From: an uncultured Methanosarcinales archaeon | GTDB taxonomy: Archaea; Nanobdellota; Nanobdellia; Woesearchaeales; DSVV01 | Length of the DNA: 64,000 nt | Direction: 5' to 3' | Assembly: GCA_964593285.1 (NCBI GenBank) | Contig: CAZQHZ010000006.1 | Span: forward strand, 1-64,000 | Shown: one piece after another, positions 45,426 to 56,487 of the stretch | How positions within the stretch are numbered: position 1 is the stretch's first letter | How the letters are laid out: each line of letters opens with the position of its first letter | Notes under the pieces: generated by a model | Database searches by the model: none | Told to the model about the DNA's origin: nothing | Seen by the model: only the letters and a program-made list of their open reading frames with translations | Made by a program: the position numbers and the translations under genes

Positions 45426-46779
45426 ATGGAAATAAATTTAATTATAAAATCAGAAAAATTAGAAAAAATTAAACAAGAATTATTAAATACAGCAAATGAA
45501 ATAAAAGATGCAATTAATAATAAACAACCTATATGGATTAGACATCATAATGATTGTGATGGTTACTCTGGTGCTGTAATACTTGAAAAAGCAATTTTAA
45601 CACATTTACACAAATTCCATAAAAGAGAAAGTGATATTTTTTATTATTTTAAAAGATTTCCACTAAGAACACCATATTATGACTATTTTGATGTAACTAA
45701 AGATATTTCAACATTTTTAGCAGATTATGAAAGATTTCAAAGAAAAAAACCGTTAATCATAATAATAGATACAGGAAGTAATACCGAAAGTTTACTAGCA
45801 TTAAAAAAACTTGCAGTTTACAATATTGATGTAATAGTAATTGATCATCATCCAATCAATGATGAAAATATAAAATACATAAAAAAACACATAAATTCAA
45901 CAACAATTAATGATGGCTCAATCACAGCAGGGATGCTTTCTTGTGAAATTTCAAAATTATTAGAACCAAATATTAAAAATCCGGAATTATTTGCAGCACT
46001 ATCAGGAATAGGCGATAAATCTGAAAATTTTGAACAAGAAGAATATTTTAAAAAAACACTAAATCTTGGATTTACAAAAGAATATTTAAGTGAATTAAAA
46101 GACATGATTAATTTTGAATCTGATTATTTATTATTCAATGAATCAAAAAGCTATATTCATGATATATTATTTAATTCAATAGATAATCAAAAAAAAATAA
46201 TTGAAATAACAAAAGAAGAAAATAATAAAATCAATGAAAAACTACTTTTTACTATCAAAAAATATATAGAAGAAATAAATTGTAATATTTCTGAAAATAA
46301 AAACAATTCTGAAATTTTTAATAATNNNNNNNNNNNNNNNNNNNNNNNNNNNNNNNNNNNNNNNNNNNNNNNNNNNNNNNNNNNNNNNNNNNNNNNNNNN
46401 NNNNNNNNNNNNNNNNNNNNNNNNNAATAACAATAAATTTATTTTAGGATTAATTAATGTTGAAAAATATTTCCATAAAAATTATAAATCATATAGTAAA
46501 ATTTCTTCATTATCATTAAATTATTTAGACAAGAAAACAAATAAAAATATAGTTATGATTGCTTATGGTGATGATATAATTACATTTAGAATTTCAAAAA
46601 AATTATCGTTTGATGTAAACAAAATAAAAAAAGCTTTAATCCAAAAATTTCCTTATGCATTCATTGAAGGTGGAGGACATGCTAAAGCTGGAACAATTAC
46701 ATTTAATAAAAACTCAAAGAATGATATAATTGAATTTTTAAAAAAATATTTTAAAGGTGAATTAAATGATAGATTATAA
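45426..46779 (+). CDS. DHH/DHHA1 phosphoesterase (RecJ-like), spanning an assembly gap
   Basis: HHNDCDG, DTGS and IDHH before the gap; open frame from 46426 to EGGGHAKAG after it. Confidence 0.85.
46326..46425. other. assembly gap (100 N) flanked by AAT/AAC units
   Basis: Run of n. Confidence 1.
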
Positions 46780-47308
46780 TCATATAACTTTATTTTTTAT
46801 TTCTATTAGCACATTTTGTGGGATAATTATTGGATATTTACTTTCATTAATTGCACCAGAAGAATTAATATGTGGAAAAAAATATTTTATAAATTTTAAA
46901 AAAATTTTAATTACTATATTTATTTCATTTTTTATAACATTTTTATTTAATAATTTAATAATCAAAAGTATTATATTTATCATCTTAGTTATTTTGTCAA
47001 ATATAATATTATTTAAAATAAATATTAAAAATAAATATTACTCAACATTTTATTATGTTTCATTTTTACCAATAATTATTGTAAGTCAAAATATAAATTA
47101 TTTAATTACAATGTCAATTATAGTATATATTCTCTCAACAGTTTATTCTACAATTTTTTCAGCAAACTTAAAATATGTAAAAAATGAAAAAATAATCAAT
47201 AAAATTACTTTATTTAAACATACAATGCTCAATTTTTATCCATATCTAATATTTTCTAATATTGGAATTATTATTTTAATAATTATTGATAACATCAAAC
47301 TAATTTAA
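46766..47308 (+). CDS. polytopic membrane protein
   Basis: Several hydrophobic segments; SD AGGTGA; overlaps the upstream stop. Confidence 0.75.
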   Translation: MIDYNHITLFFISISTFCGIIIGYLLSLIAPEELICGKKYFINFKKILITIFISFFITFLFNNLIIKSIIFIILVILSNIILFKINIKNKYYSTFYYVSFLPIIIVSQNINYLITMSIIVYILSTVYSTIFSANLKYVKNEKIINKITLFKHTMLNFYPYLIFSNIGIIILIIIDNIKLI

Positions 47309-47509
47309 AATTATAATTAAAAATAAATAGTCCAATTATTTTCTTTTATAAAAAACAAAAATGTACATAAAATATAAATGTACAATAAAGTTGTTATTTG
47401 GATAGAAAATAGCAATAGTAAAACAAAACATTTATAAATGTAAAAAAGTTACCACTAAATAATAATATAAATTGTGGATTTTATAATGAACAAAATGGGG
47501 GATAAAAAA

Positions 47510-49159
47510 ATGAATCTAAAAAACATATTGATATTTTGCATCGCATTTATATTTATGAGTTTTTTTGTAAATGCATCATTAGATATAGATTTAAACCTAC
47601 ATCCAACAACTGCTTATACAAATGATGACTTAAGATGTAGTTTTAATGTTGAAGGAAATCTTTCAACTTACAATGTAAATGTACAATGGATAAAAGATGA
47701 AGCAAACCATAGTACACCAATTGCAATTGCTGCACAAAATAACACATTAACAAATGTAACACTAGCATCAACACAAACTTCAAAAACAGAAAATTGGAGA
47801 TGCAATGTTAGTACAACAAATAATGTAGTAAATGAAAGTGCTCTATCAAATACAGTTACAATACTAAATAGTGCACCAACAATTTCATCTATTTCAACAC
47901 AAAATGCAGAAACTGATAAAAGTTTTAGTTATCAAGTAAATGCAAATGATTTAGATGGAGATACATTAATTTATAGTTTAGTAACAAATCCAGAGGGTAT
48001 GACTATCAATAATAACACTGGTAGAATCTCATGGACACCAGAGGAAGATCAAGTAGGAAATCATGATGTAACTGTTAGAGTTAATGATGGTGCAATAGCA
48101 ACCGAAACTTCTTTTGAAATTAGTGTTAGCAGAATGAAATTAGAAGTTGATAGAATAAGAGCTTCATGTTCACCTAGTTGCAGAGATTATACTGATAGAG
48201 AAGATGGTGGAAGTATAGAGCGAGTAAGACCTGGTTCTAGTTTAGATTTAGAAATAACTCTTGAGAATTTATGGGATCGTAGAAGTGATGAAGATTATAG
48301 AATCGAAGATATTGAAATTTTTTCAGAACTTGAAGAAATGGGATCATCATGGAATTATCAAGATGATGAAGAAAGTATTAGAAGACTTGATGCTGGACGA
48401 ACTGAAACTGTTAAATTTACCTTTGATATTCCTGAAGATACTGACGATGATAGATACGATCTATTTGTTGAAATTGAAGGAATTGATGAAAAAGATGGAG
48501 AAGTTTATAGAATTACACATCGAATAGATGTTGAAGTTGAAAAAGAAACAGATAGTATGATTTTTAAAACTGCAAGTTTATCACCAAGCACAGTTTCATG
48601 TGATAGAACAACACAATTAAGAGTAAATGTAAAAAATATCGGTTCTAATACACAAAGAGGTGCACAATTAAGTGTCTTAAATTCAGAACTTGACATTGAA
48701 AAAATTGAATTTTTTGATGTTTATTATGGTTACTATGATGATAGCGATACAGAATTTGAAAAAACATATACACTTAATATACCAAAAAATACAAATCCTG
48801 GAACATATGACATCGAATTAAGAGCATATTATGAAAGAAGTAGTAGATATGAATCAAAAACACTTCCATTAGTTGTAAAAGAATGTGTAACATATGAAGA
48901 ACCAACAGAGCCAACAGAGCCAAAAGATAGTGATGATGATGAAAAAGAAGAAGAAGTAATTGTAGTAACACAGCCACAAATTCAAATACCAACAACACAA
49001 ACACCAACAACCACAACAGATGAATCAAAAACAACATTTCAAAGAAGTGCTGAAGATTTTTATGACTCAATTGCATTTACAGTAATTTTAGTGTTAGTAT
49101 TTATACTACTTTTACTTGGAGTTATATATCTTGGAAAACTTGCTTTTGCAAAAAAATAA
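47510..49159 (+). CDS. cell-surface glycoprotein with Ig/cadherin-like and S-layer-like domains
   Basis: Signal peptide, NSAPTI...ANDLDGDTLIYSL...GRISWTP, NxS/T sequons, P/T/E linker, C-terminal TM. Confidence 0.85.
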   Translation: MNLKNILIFCIAFIFMSFFVNASLDIDLNLHPTTAYTNDDLRCSFNVEGNLSTYNVNVQWIKDEANHSTPIAIAAQNNTLTNVTLASTQTSKTENWRCNVSTTNNVVNESALSNTVTILNSAPTISSISTQNAETDKSFSYQVNANDLDGDTLIYSLVTNPEGMTINNNTGRISWTPEEDQVGNHDVTVRVNDGAIATETSFEISVSRMKLEVDRIRASCSPSCRDYTDREDGGSIERVRPGSSLDLEITLENLWDRRSDEDYRIEDIEIFSELEEMGSSWNYQDDEESIRRLDAGRTETVKFTFDIPEDTDDDRYDLFVEIEGIDEKDGEVYRITHRIDVEVEKETDSMIFKTASLSPSTVSCDRTTQLRVNVKNIGSNTQRGAQLSVLNSELDIEKIEFFDVYYGYYDDSDTEFEKTYTLNIPKNTNPGTYDIELRAYYERSSRYESKTLPLVVKECVTYEEPTEPTEPKDSDDDEKEEEVIVVTQPQIQIPTTQTPTTTTDESKTTFQRSAEDFYDSIAFTVILVLVFILLLLGVIYLGKLAFAKK

Positions 49160-49255
49160 TTTATTTTTTTTATTAATTTTATTATAAAATTTCAATATCA
49201 AAACAATATATTTATAAATAAACAATTATTTTAAAAAAATTACATTTAAAATCAA

Positions 49256-49349
49256 GAGATAAGTCGGTAAAAATTTGCTTACTTATACTGGAGAAATAAG
49301 CTTATTTCTATTTGCTTAAAATCTCCAAAAAAATGTGGAGGCTAATAAA
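49256..49349 (+). promoter_or_regulatory. candidate structured ribosomal-protein leader of uS15
   Basis: GAGAT/ATCTC closing stem around two hairpins; alternative CTCCA/TGGAG hairpin over the SD. Confidence 0.6.
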
Positions 49350-49805
49350 ATGGCAAGAATGTACTCAAGAAAAAGAGGAAAAAGTGGGTCTAATAAACCA
49401 ATAAAAAAAGAAATTCCATCATGGATTAGATACAAACCAAAAGAAGTAGAATTACTAATTGTAAAAATAGCAAAAGAAATTAAAGAAGCTTCAAAAATTG
49501 GGATAATATTAAGAGATACATATGGAATTCCTTCTGTAAAATTAATAACAAAAAAAACAATTACACAAATTTTAAGAGAAAAAAATTTAACACAAGAAAT
49601 TCCAGAAGATTTGATGGCTGTAATTAAAACAAACATAAAAATTAAAAAACATCTTGAAGAAAATAAACAAGATAAAGTTGCTAAAAGAGGATTACAAATT
49701 GCAGAATCAAAAATTAAAAGGTTAGTTAATTATTATAAAAAATCAAAAAAACTACCAAAAGACTGGAAATATAATCCTGAAAAAATAAGACTTTTAATAG
49801 AATAA
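49350..49805 (+). CDS. rps15: 30S ribosomal protein uS15 (S13e)
   Basis: MARMYSRKRGKSGS, ILRDTYGIP, ESKIKRLVNYYK; SD GGAGG. Confidence 0.97.
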   Translation: MARMYSRKRGKSGSNKPIKKEIPSWIRYKPKEVELLIVKIAKEIKEASKIGIILRDTYGIPSVKLITKKTITQILREKNLTQEIPEDLMAVIKTNIKIKKHLEENKQDKVAKRGLQIAESKIKRLVNYYKKSKKLPKDWKYNPEKIRLLIE

Positions 49806-49814
49806 ATTTTTAAA

Positions 49815-51221
49815 ATGAGTCTTGATTTATTTAATTTTCAGCTAAATGAAGCTGTTAATTTTTTTAATTCTTTTAATAATAAAAAAACAATAAAAATTGT
49901 TTCACATCATGATGCTGATGGTATATGTTCAGCTGCTTTATTAATTAAATTATTAAATAATTTTAAAATAAATTATAGTATTTCTATTGTTTCAGTCTTA
50001 AATTCAACAAACATAAATGAATTTGCAAAAGAAAATTATGAACACTATATTTTTTCAGATCTTGGTTCTTCATATATCAATTTAATTAATGATGTATTTG
50101 ATGAAAAAAAAGTTTTAATTTTGGATCATCATATAATAAATCAAAATATAAAAACAAAAAAAAATATATGCCACATTAACCCTTATTTATCAAAAATTAA
50201 TGCATCTAATGAAATTTCAGGTTCTGGTGTTGTTTATTTATTTTGTGAAAAGCTTGATAAATCTTTTATATCTTTATCATACCTTGCATTAATTGGAGCA
50301 ATAGGCGACTGCCAGGAAAAAAAAGGATTTACTGGAATTAATTTAGATTTATTAAAAAAATCAAAAAAGAATAATTTAATAAATCATTTTAAAGGTATAA
50401 AAATAATAGGTTCATATTCAAAACCAATTGTTAAATTTATAAAGCAAAGTATTGATCCATTAATACCTGAATTATCAGGGGATGAAGTAAAAACAATCAA
50501 TTTTTTAAGAAAAATAAATATTGAACCAATCAAAAATAAAAAATATAAAACTTTATTTGATTTAAATGATGAAGAAAAAAGCAAATTAATTATTGAATTA
50601 TCAAAATTAATCCCAAAATCAAAAAAAAAGAATTTAATTGGTGATGTCTATTTAATTAATTCACAAACAGGACCATATAAGGATATACGAGAATTTTCAA
50701 CAATATTAAATTCATGTGGCAGATTAAATAAATCAACAATAGGAATTGGAGCTTGTTTAAATGATAATAAAATGAAAAAAAAAGCTCTTGAATTGTTAAA
50801 TGAATACAAAAAAGAAATTTTAGATATGATTAAATGGTTTAAAGAAAATAAAAATACAAAATTAATAATTGAATCAAATAATTTTATAATAATTAACTGC
50901 AAAAATTTTATTGCCCCAAATATGATTGGAATTTTTGCATCTATAATATCATACTCAAACATGATTAATAAAAATAAATTTGTTCTAACAATGTCAAGAA
51001 ATGATGATAATACAACAAAAATATCATTGAGATATTCAAACAAACAAGATAATGTTAATTTATATGAAATTATTTCAAAAATAACAAAAATGGTTAATGG
51101 CGAATTTGGTGGACATAAAAATGCAGCAGGTGCAATTATTAATACAAATTTAGAAGAACAATTTATAACTAAAGCACAAGAATTATTTAAAAATTTATCA
51201 ATACAAGAAAAAATTGAATAA
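49815..51221 (+). CDS. DHH family RecJ/GAN-like nuclease
   Basis: HHDADG, DLGS, LDHH, GGHKNAAG; typical position after rps15. Confidence 0.92.
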   Translation: MSLDLFNFQLNEAVNFFNSFNNKKTIKIVSHHDADGICSAALLIKLLNNFKINYSISIVSVLNSTNINEFAKENYEHYIFSDLGSSYINLINDVFDEKKVLILDHHIINQNIKTKKNICHINPYLSKINASNEISGSGVVYLFCEKLDKSFISLSYLALIGAIGDCQEKKGFTGINLDLLKKSKKNNLINHFKGIKIIGSYSKPIVKFIKQSIDPLIPELSGDEVKTINFLRKINIEPIKNKKYKTLFDLNDEEKSKLIIELSKLIPKSKKKNLIGDVYLINSQTGPYKDIREFSTILNSCGRLNKSTIGIGACLNDNKMKKKALELLNEYKKEILDMIKWFKENKNTKLIIESNNFIIINCKNFIAPNMIGIFASIISYSNMINKNKFVLTMSRNDDNTTKISLRYSNKQDNVNLYEIISKITKMVNGEFGGHKNAAGAIINTNLEEQFITKAQELFKNLSIQEKIE

Positions 51222-51232
51222 AATATATAAAA

Positions 51233-53137
51233 CTAATTTAATCTTATTGTTTCTAAATTCCTTGGAACAGTTGTTTCTATCCTATAAGATTTATAAATAG
51301 AACTTGCAAGATCAATACTTCTTGATTGTTCTCCATGTTGCAAAATAATTTTCCTTGGTTTTGGATTTAATTTATAAACGAAATTCATTAATTCTTTTCT
51401 AGTAGAATGTCCTGTAAATCCATCTATTGATTCTATATTTAATTTTAAAGTATAAATATCTTGTTTATTTCCATTTAAAAATGCAATATCTCTCTCTCCT
51501 CGTTGAATCCTCTTACCCAAAGAACCCTCACCTTGATAAGATGAAAATATTAACATATTTTTAGGACTTTCTGAAAATGCCTTTAAATATTCCACACTAG
51601 GCCCCCCAGTAAGCATACCTGAAGTTGCAAGAACAATACAAGGACCTGTTTCTTCAATAACTTGTTTTCTTTCTTTGTTTGAGCCAACTCTTTTAAAATT
51701 TTCAGATAAAAAAGGATTTTGATTTTGATGAAAGATTAATCGTCTAACATAAGAATTTAAATATTCAGGATATGCAGAATGAATTGCAGTAACATCCCAA
51801 ACCATCCCATCAATATAAACAGGTATATCTTTTAATAAATCTTTTCTATATAATGAATCTAAAATCACTAAAACTTCTTGTGCTCGGCCAACTCCTAAAA
51901 CAGGAATTAAAACCTTTCCATTATTAGCAATAGTATCTTGAATTAATTTAACAAAATAACTTTCAGATTCTTTTCTAGATATAGGATTATTATTTTTACC
52001 ACCATAAGTTGATTCAATCATCATGGTTTCAAGTCTTTGAAATCTTGAAACAGCTCGTTCAAGTAATTCTGTTTTTCCAAATTTCATATCACCAGTATAT
52101 AAAAAATTATGTAAACCATTTCCAATATGCATATGAACCATTGAACTTCCAAGAATGTGCCCTGCATTATGCATAGTTATCCTAACATCTGGTGTTATAT
52201 CAGAAACTTCATCATATTCTAAAGTAATAGTATGTTTTACCATTTCTTTAACATCGTCAATTGAATATATTGGCTCTTTACCTGTGGATTTCATAATTTT
52301 AATATAATCTAAACACAATAATGACATAATATCTCTTGTTGGAGATGTACAATACACAGGTCCTTTGTATCCAAATTTAAATAAATAAGGAACAAAACCA
52401 CAATGGTCTAAATGACTATGACTAACAATTACAGCGTCTAATTCATCAACTTTAAATTCAGGTGCTTCTAAATGCGGAAAGGCATTATCTTCATTTGCAA
52501 CATCAACACCACAATCAAGTAATATTCTAGATTCAGGTGTTTGTAGTAAAAAACAACTTCTTCCAACTTGTCTGCCTGCACCAAGTGCAGTTAATCTAAT
52601 CCATTCTTGTTTTTTTCCACGAATCCAACCATCATAAATTCTATGACCGATTTTATTTAAAAATTTACGTCTATAATCGCTATTTTGATAAATTACATTT
52701 CTAATATTTTCAATAAGCATTGACCTAATAGGTGGTGTTCTTCTAATAATTGGAACCCACATTGTTTTTTCTTTAATTTCTCTAAGCAGTGAACCTTGCT
52801 TACCAATTGCAACACCTGGTTTTTCTGTTTCAATAATTACAATAGAACGTTGACTATCGAATAAAATTTGTGCAATCCCAGCATCTTCTGGTATTATTTT
52901 TTTAATTTCATTTTCAGCTTTTTCTATATCTAAAGTAACAGAAGGATCAGGTCGCAGTTCAACCCTTTTCTTAATATTATTAACAATTTTTTTAATAATA
53001 CCATCATTATTAAATAAAAATTCTTTATCTTTAGTATACAATACTATATTTGCTCCTTCAAAACCAGCATCACTTATTTTTCCATCTGGCACTTGTTTTA
53101 AAATTTCTTTTATTATTGGATTGTTCATGTTTATCAC
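51233..53137 (-). CDS. fttA: beta-CASP ribonuclease aCPSF1 (FttA)
   Basis: Two KH domains (PGVAIGKQG), HSHLDH, AGHILGS, GFTGHS. Confidence 0.96.
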   Translation of the reverse strand: MINMNNPIIKEILKQVPDGKISDAGFEGANIVLYTKDKEFLFNNDGIIKKIVNNIKKRVELRPDPSVTLDIEKAENEIKKIIPEDAGIAQILFDSQRSIVIIETEKPGVAIGKQGSLLREIKEKTMWVPIIRRTPPIRSMLIENIRNVIYQNSDYRRKFLNKIGHRIYDGWIRGKKQEWIRLTALGAGRQVGRSCFLLQTPESRILLDCGVDVANEDNAFPHLEAPEFKVDELDAVIVSHSHLDHCGFVPYLFKFGYKGPVYCTSPTRDIMSLLCLDYIKIMKSTGKEPIYSIDDVKEMVKHTITLEYDEVSDITPDVRITMHNAGHILGSSMVHMHIGNGLHNFLYTGDMKFGKTELLERAVSRFQRLETMMIESTYGGKNNNPISRKESESYFVKLIQDTIANNGKVLIPVLGVGRAQEVLVILDSLYRKDLLKDIPVYIDGMVWDVTAIHSAYPEYLNSYVRRLIFHQNQNPFLSENFKRVGSNKERKQVIEETGPCIVLATSGMLTGGPSVEYLKAFSESPKNMLIFSSYQGEGSLGKRIQRGERDIAFLNGNKQDIYTLKLNIESIDGFTGHSTRKELMNFVYKLNPKPRKIILQHGEQSRSIDLASSIYKSYRIETTVPRNLETIRLN

Positions 53138-53180
53138 TATTTAAATTATTTATAAAAATTAAAATTTAAAAAAATACAAT

Positions 53181-53822
53181 TCATTTTTCAAGAAATACAT
53201 CAATATCTTTATCAATTATTTTTTTAGTTCCATCTTTATTAATAACTAAGATAACAAAACCATTTCCTGATGCACTATCTCTTCTAAGCGAAGCATTCAA
53301 AGATTTAATTGCAAGATTAATTCCTTCATCAACATTAATACCATCTTCATATAATGTTTCTAAAACACCATACGCCATAGTACTTCCAGAACCTGATGAA
53401 ACATAATCTTTACATTTATTTAATGAACCATCAGGATATATATCATACAAATGATAACCTTCTTCATCCATTCCAGCCATTACTAAATGAGTAATTCCTG
53501 GAAGCATTGAAGGTTTTCTTATATTTCCATACACAAATGAAGAAAGTAAATTTGCAGCTTCACCAACACTTGTATTTCTGTTAGTTCTAACATTTTTCAA
53601 TTTAATCTCAGCCCTAATTAATTTAATTAATAACTGATTATCAGAAACGCCACCTGCTGTAGTTACAGCCATATTTTCTCCTATTTCATAAATCTTTTGT
53701 GCATTCTTATCAGCAATTAAATTGCCTGCTGTTGCTCTTTTATCAGCAGCTAATATTACACCATCTTTACACAAGATACCTACAGTAGTTGTACCTTTTA
53801 AAATATTTTCTTTTCCTACCAT
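53181..53822 (-). CDS. psmB: proteasome subunit beta
   Basis: Propeptide then G/TTTVG, AADKRAT, SGSGS, RDSASG. Confidence 0.96.
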   Translation of the reverse strand: MVGKENILKGTTTVGILCKDGVILAADKRATAGNLIADKNAQKIYEIGENMAVTTAGGVSDNQLLIKLIRAEIKLKNVRTNRNTSVGEAANLLSSFVYGNIRKPSMLPGITHLVMAGMDEEGYHLYDIYPDGSLNKCKDYVSSGSGSTMAYGVLETLYEDGINVDEGINLAIKSLNASLRRDSASGNGFVILVINKDGTKKIIDKDIDVFLEK

Positions 53823-53953
53823 TTAATTTACACCTAGAAATTCCATTTTTATCTTAATTTAAGAAATTACTTATCATAAAGTATTTTTGTCTTATTTATA
53901 TATTTTTTGTTTTAAAGTTGAAAATCAACAATTATCAACTAAAAATTTAATTA

Positions 53954-54182
53954 TTAACCATATCTTTCAATGCATATTATTTTATTTTTTGACTTTTTTC
54001 CTTTTATAATTTTAATTTGATTTTTTTTAACACTAAAATAATTTGATAATAATTTAATTAATTCACAATTAGCCTTACCATCTATTGGCAGTTTAGTTAA
54101 ATGAACTTTTAATTCATTACCATTTTGAATGCAATTTGTTTGTTTTGAATTAGTAATAACTTTAACAAAAAAATTTTTCCAT
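53954..54182 (-). pseudogene. DUF167/YggU-family gene whose nearest ATG is out of frame by 1 nt
   Basis: VKV...PIDGKANCELIKLL...IIKGKKSKNK; ATG at 54182 stops after 6 codons unless one T of the T7 run is skipped. Confidence 0.65.
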
Positions 54183-54192
54183 TTTAAAAAAA

Positions 54193-54342
54193 TGGGGGTA
54201 CAGGGATTTGAACCCTGATCTGCCGGTAACTTCCTCAAGAGTAATTTTCTTGACTTACCAATAAATATCAATCATAGGCAAATTGCCTCATCGCTCCATA
54301 AGACTGGAGCCGGCCATTCTAGCCAGGTTATACTATACCCCC
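54193..54342 (-). tRNA. tRNA-Trp(CCA) with a 76-nt intron at 37/38 (54228-54303)
   Basis: GGGGGTA/TACCCCC acceptor, GCCGG-CT-CCA-G|intron|A-CCGGC, BHB-like junction. Confidence 0.95.
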
Positions 54343-54398
54343 ATAAATATTATTAAGAATAGAAAAATAATTTATTTATTAATGTTTTTATTTTAAAA

Positions 54399-56255
54399 CT
54401 AATGATGTTTATAAACATGTGATGAAGGAGGCGGTGGTAATTTTCCACTAATTTTTTTATTAATTCTATGTGTCATAAACAAATTTGTAACATTAATTAA
54501 TATTAAAAACAAAATAATTCCAATATATATTAACTCATTAGTTTTTGATTTAATTCCAGAAATTATAGTAATTAATGGAGATGTATGTGCACCATCAACT
54601 TTTAGTGGGTCTAAACCCACAATATATAATTCACTAACACTATAAGTTCCTGTTCCATTAACAGTATAAGCAACATTCCAAGTATAATTTTCAGCTCCAG
54701 TTGCATTAGGACCTTTCATTGGACCAAGTGATGAATTCATATCCCCTTTCCATGGAATACTCCAAACATAAGAATCACCATAATAATTAGACCCTTCAAT
54801 TCCTACACTCTGGTTATTAAATGTATCATCGCTAAAATTCCATGCAGTAAATTCATCTGGAACAAAATCATACACAGTTACAGCTTCATAAATTGGTGTC
54901 CAACCATTACCAATATTTTTAACAGTAGTATTTATTCTATATTGCCCTTCACCTATATTACTTATATTTTTTTCAATTTCAAGCCAATATCCATGAACAA
55001 CATAAATATATTTCATATATAAATCTTCACCACTAACAGTAGTTGTATGATTTAATATCTGACCATAGTCATTAGTAATAAGCCATTCTGGTCTTATCCA
55101 AACAACTGGTGGATCTGTTGAATCTGTATAATTAAAATACCAAAAATAACTTGAATTACCCCAGTTTGTTGTTAAATTTATTTCTTTTAATGGCATTCCT
55201 TCATGTGTAACATTTAAACCACTTACAATATCATTTGGATTACCATCAGTATTTGTAACCCAAAGTTCTACCTTATTTAAATCATATGAAATATTTAATT
55301 CTGAATAAACTTTAGGTCTAACTTCCCAAGTAACATTACTATTATTTAAATTATCAGCAGGCCTAAAAATTCTTTTTTCTTCGCTATATTCAATATCTGC
55401 AGAAGCATTTATCTGTTCAACAGTTAAATTTGTCATTGCATATGAAACGTCATATGTTATATTTTCAAGTAAGGCCATAAAAGTTGCAGTAAAAGGAACA
55501 CTAAATGGTGCAGTCATATTAAATTTAATTGAAACATTATCCCCATGTGGAAGTGTACCACCATTAACATCCCATATCCACATACTAGGATCAGCTGTAT
55601 TTACATTTAAATTATCACCAAGTTCATATAAGCCTGCAAATACAAAAGGAAAAACATTAGTATCGTTCCATACAACATCTTGTGGCATCATATTTATATT
55701 TAAATTAGTAATATCATTACCTAAAGGATTATTATTAATAACAGTTTGATTTAAAGTCCAATTATATCCAGCTAAAACTTTTTTATTAATATCTGGATGA
55801 TCAGAATTACTATAATTTGTTAAAATTTCAACAGGTGGGTCTATGCCCATACAAGACATATTATAAACAAATACAGAATCTTCTCCAGCTCTAAGTTCAG
55901 GTATATAAAGTATTCTAGAAACATTTGATGAATCATTCATCAAATAACCAATTCTTCCACTAAAATAAGTAAAATTTGTAGTTAATCTATCTATATTATC
56001 AAAAGCTAAAACAATATCAAAAACAGTATCTGAACTTGGATTTGTAGTATTAATTACAGCTTCAACCATACAATATTCTTGCTGATTAGAATAATTATAA
56101 TCTTTTCCATAAGATACATTTTGATAAACAGTTTCTGTTATTGTCAAATTAATTCGATTTTCATATGCAAACATAAAAGGCAATGAAATTAAAAAAATAG
56201 AACAAATTAACAATAACTTACTATACATTCCTTTTTTTTTATCTAAAAACACCAT
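54399..56255 (-). CDS. membrane-anchored surface glycoprotein
   Basis: Signal peptide, many NxS/T sequons, beta-rich body, C-terminal TM. Confidence 0.8.
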   Translation of the reverse strand: MVFLDKKKGMYSKLLLICSIFLISLPFMFAYENRINLTITETVYQNVSYGKDYNYSNQQEYCMVEAVINTTNPSSDTVFDIVLAFDNIDRLTTNFTYFSGRIGYLMNDSSNVSRILYIPELRAGEDSVFVYNMSCMGIDPPVEILTNYSNSDHPDINKKVLAGYNWTLNQTVINNNPLGNDITNLNINMMPQDVVWNDTNVFPFVFAGLYELGDNLNVNTADPSMWIWDVNGGTLPHGDNVSIKFNMTAPFSVPFTATFMALLENITYDVSYAMTNLTVEQINASADIEYSEEKRIFRPADNLNNSNVTWEVRPKVYSELNISYDLNKVELWVTNTDGNPNDIVSGLNVTHEGMPLKEINLTTNWGNSSYFWYFNYTDSTDPPVVWIRPEWLITNDYGQILNHTTTVSGEDLYMKYIYVVHGYWLEIEKNISNIGEGQYRINTTVKNIGNGWTPIYEAVTVYDFVPDEFTAWNFSDDTFNNQSVGIEGSNYYGDSYVWSIPWKGDMNSSLGPMKGPNATGAENYTWNVAYTVNGTGTYSVSELYIVGLDPLKVDGAHTSPLITIISGIKSKTNELIYIGIILFLILINVTNLFMTHRINKKISGKLPPPPSSHVYKHH

Positions 56256-56487
56256 TGTTAAATTAATCTCAATATATCAATTCATATACTAATATAATTT
56301 TATTAATATAGTAATATATAAATGTTTCGTTTTTTTTTTATTAGTTGTAATTACTAAAAAATAAAAACTAAACCATTTTATTTTCTAAAGTACTAATAAA
56401 TCATCATTATTAGTTCATAAAATAATATAAGATATTAATTTATACAAATTATATTTAATTAAATATAATTATATAACTATTAATAAT

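Noticed and set aside
54183..54271. N-terminal extension of the DUF167 ORF given in the track
   Set aside because: Its ATG lies inside the tRNA-Trp intron and the frame crosses the 3' exon.
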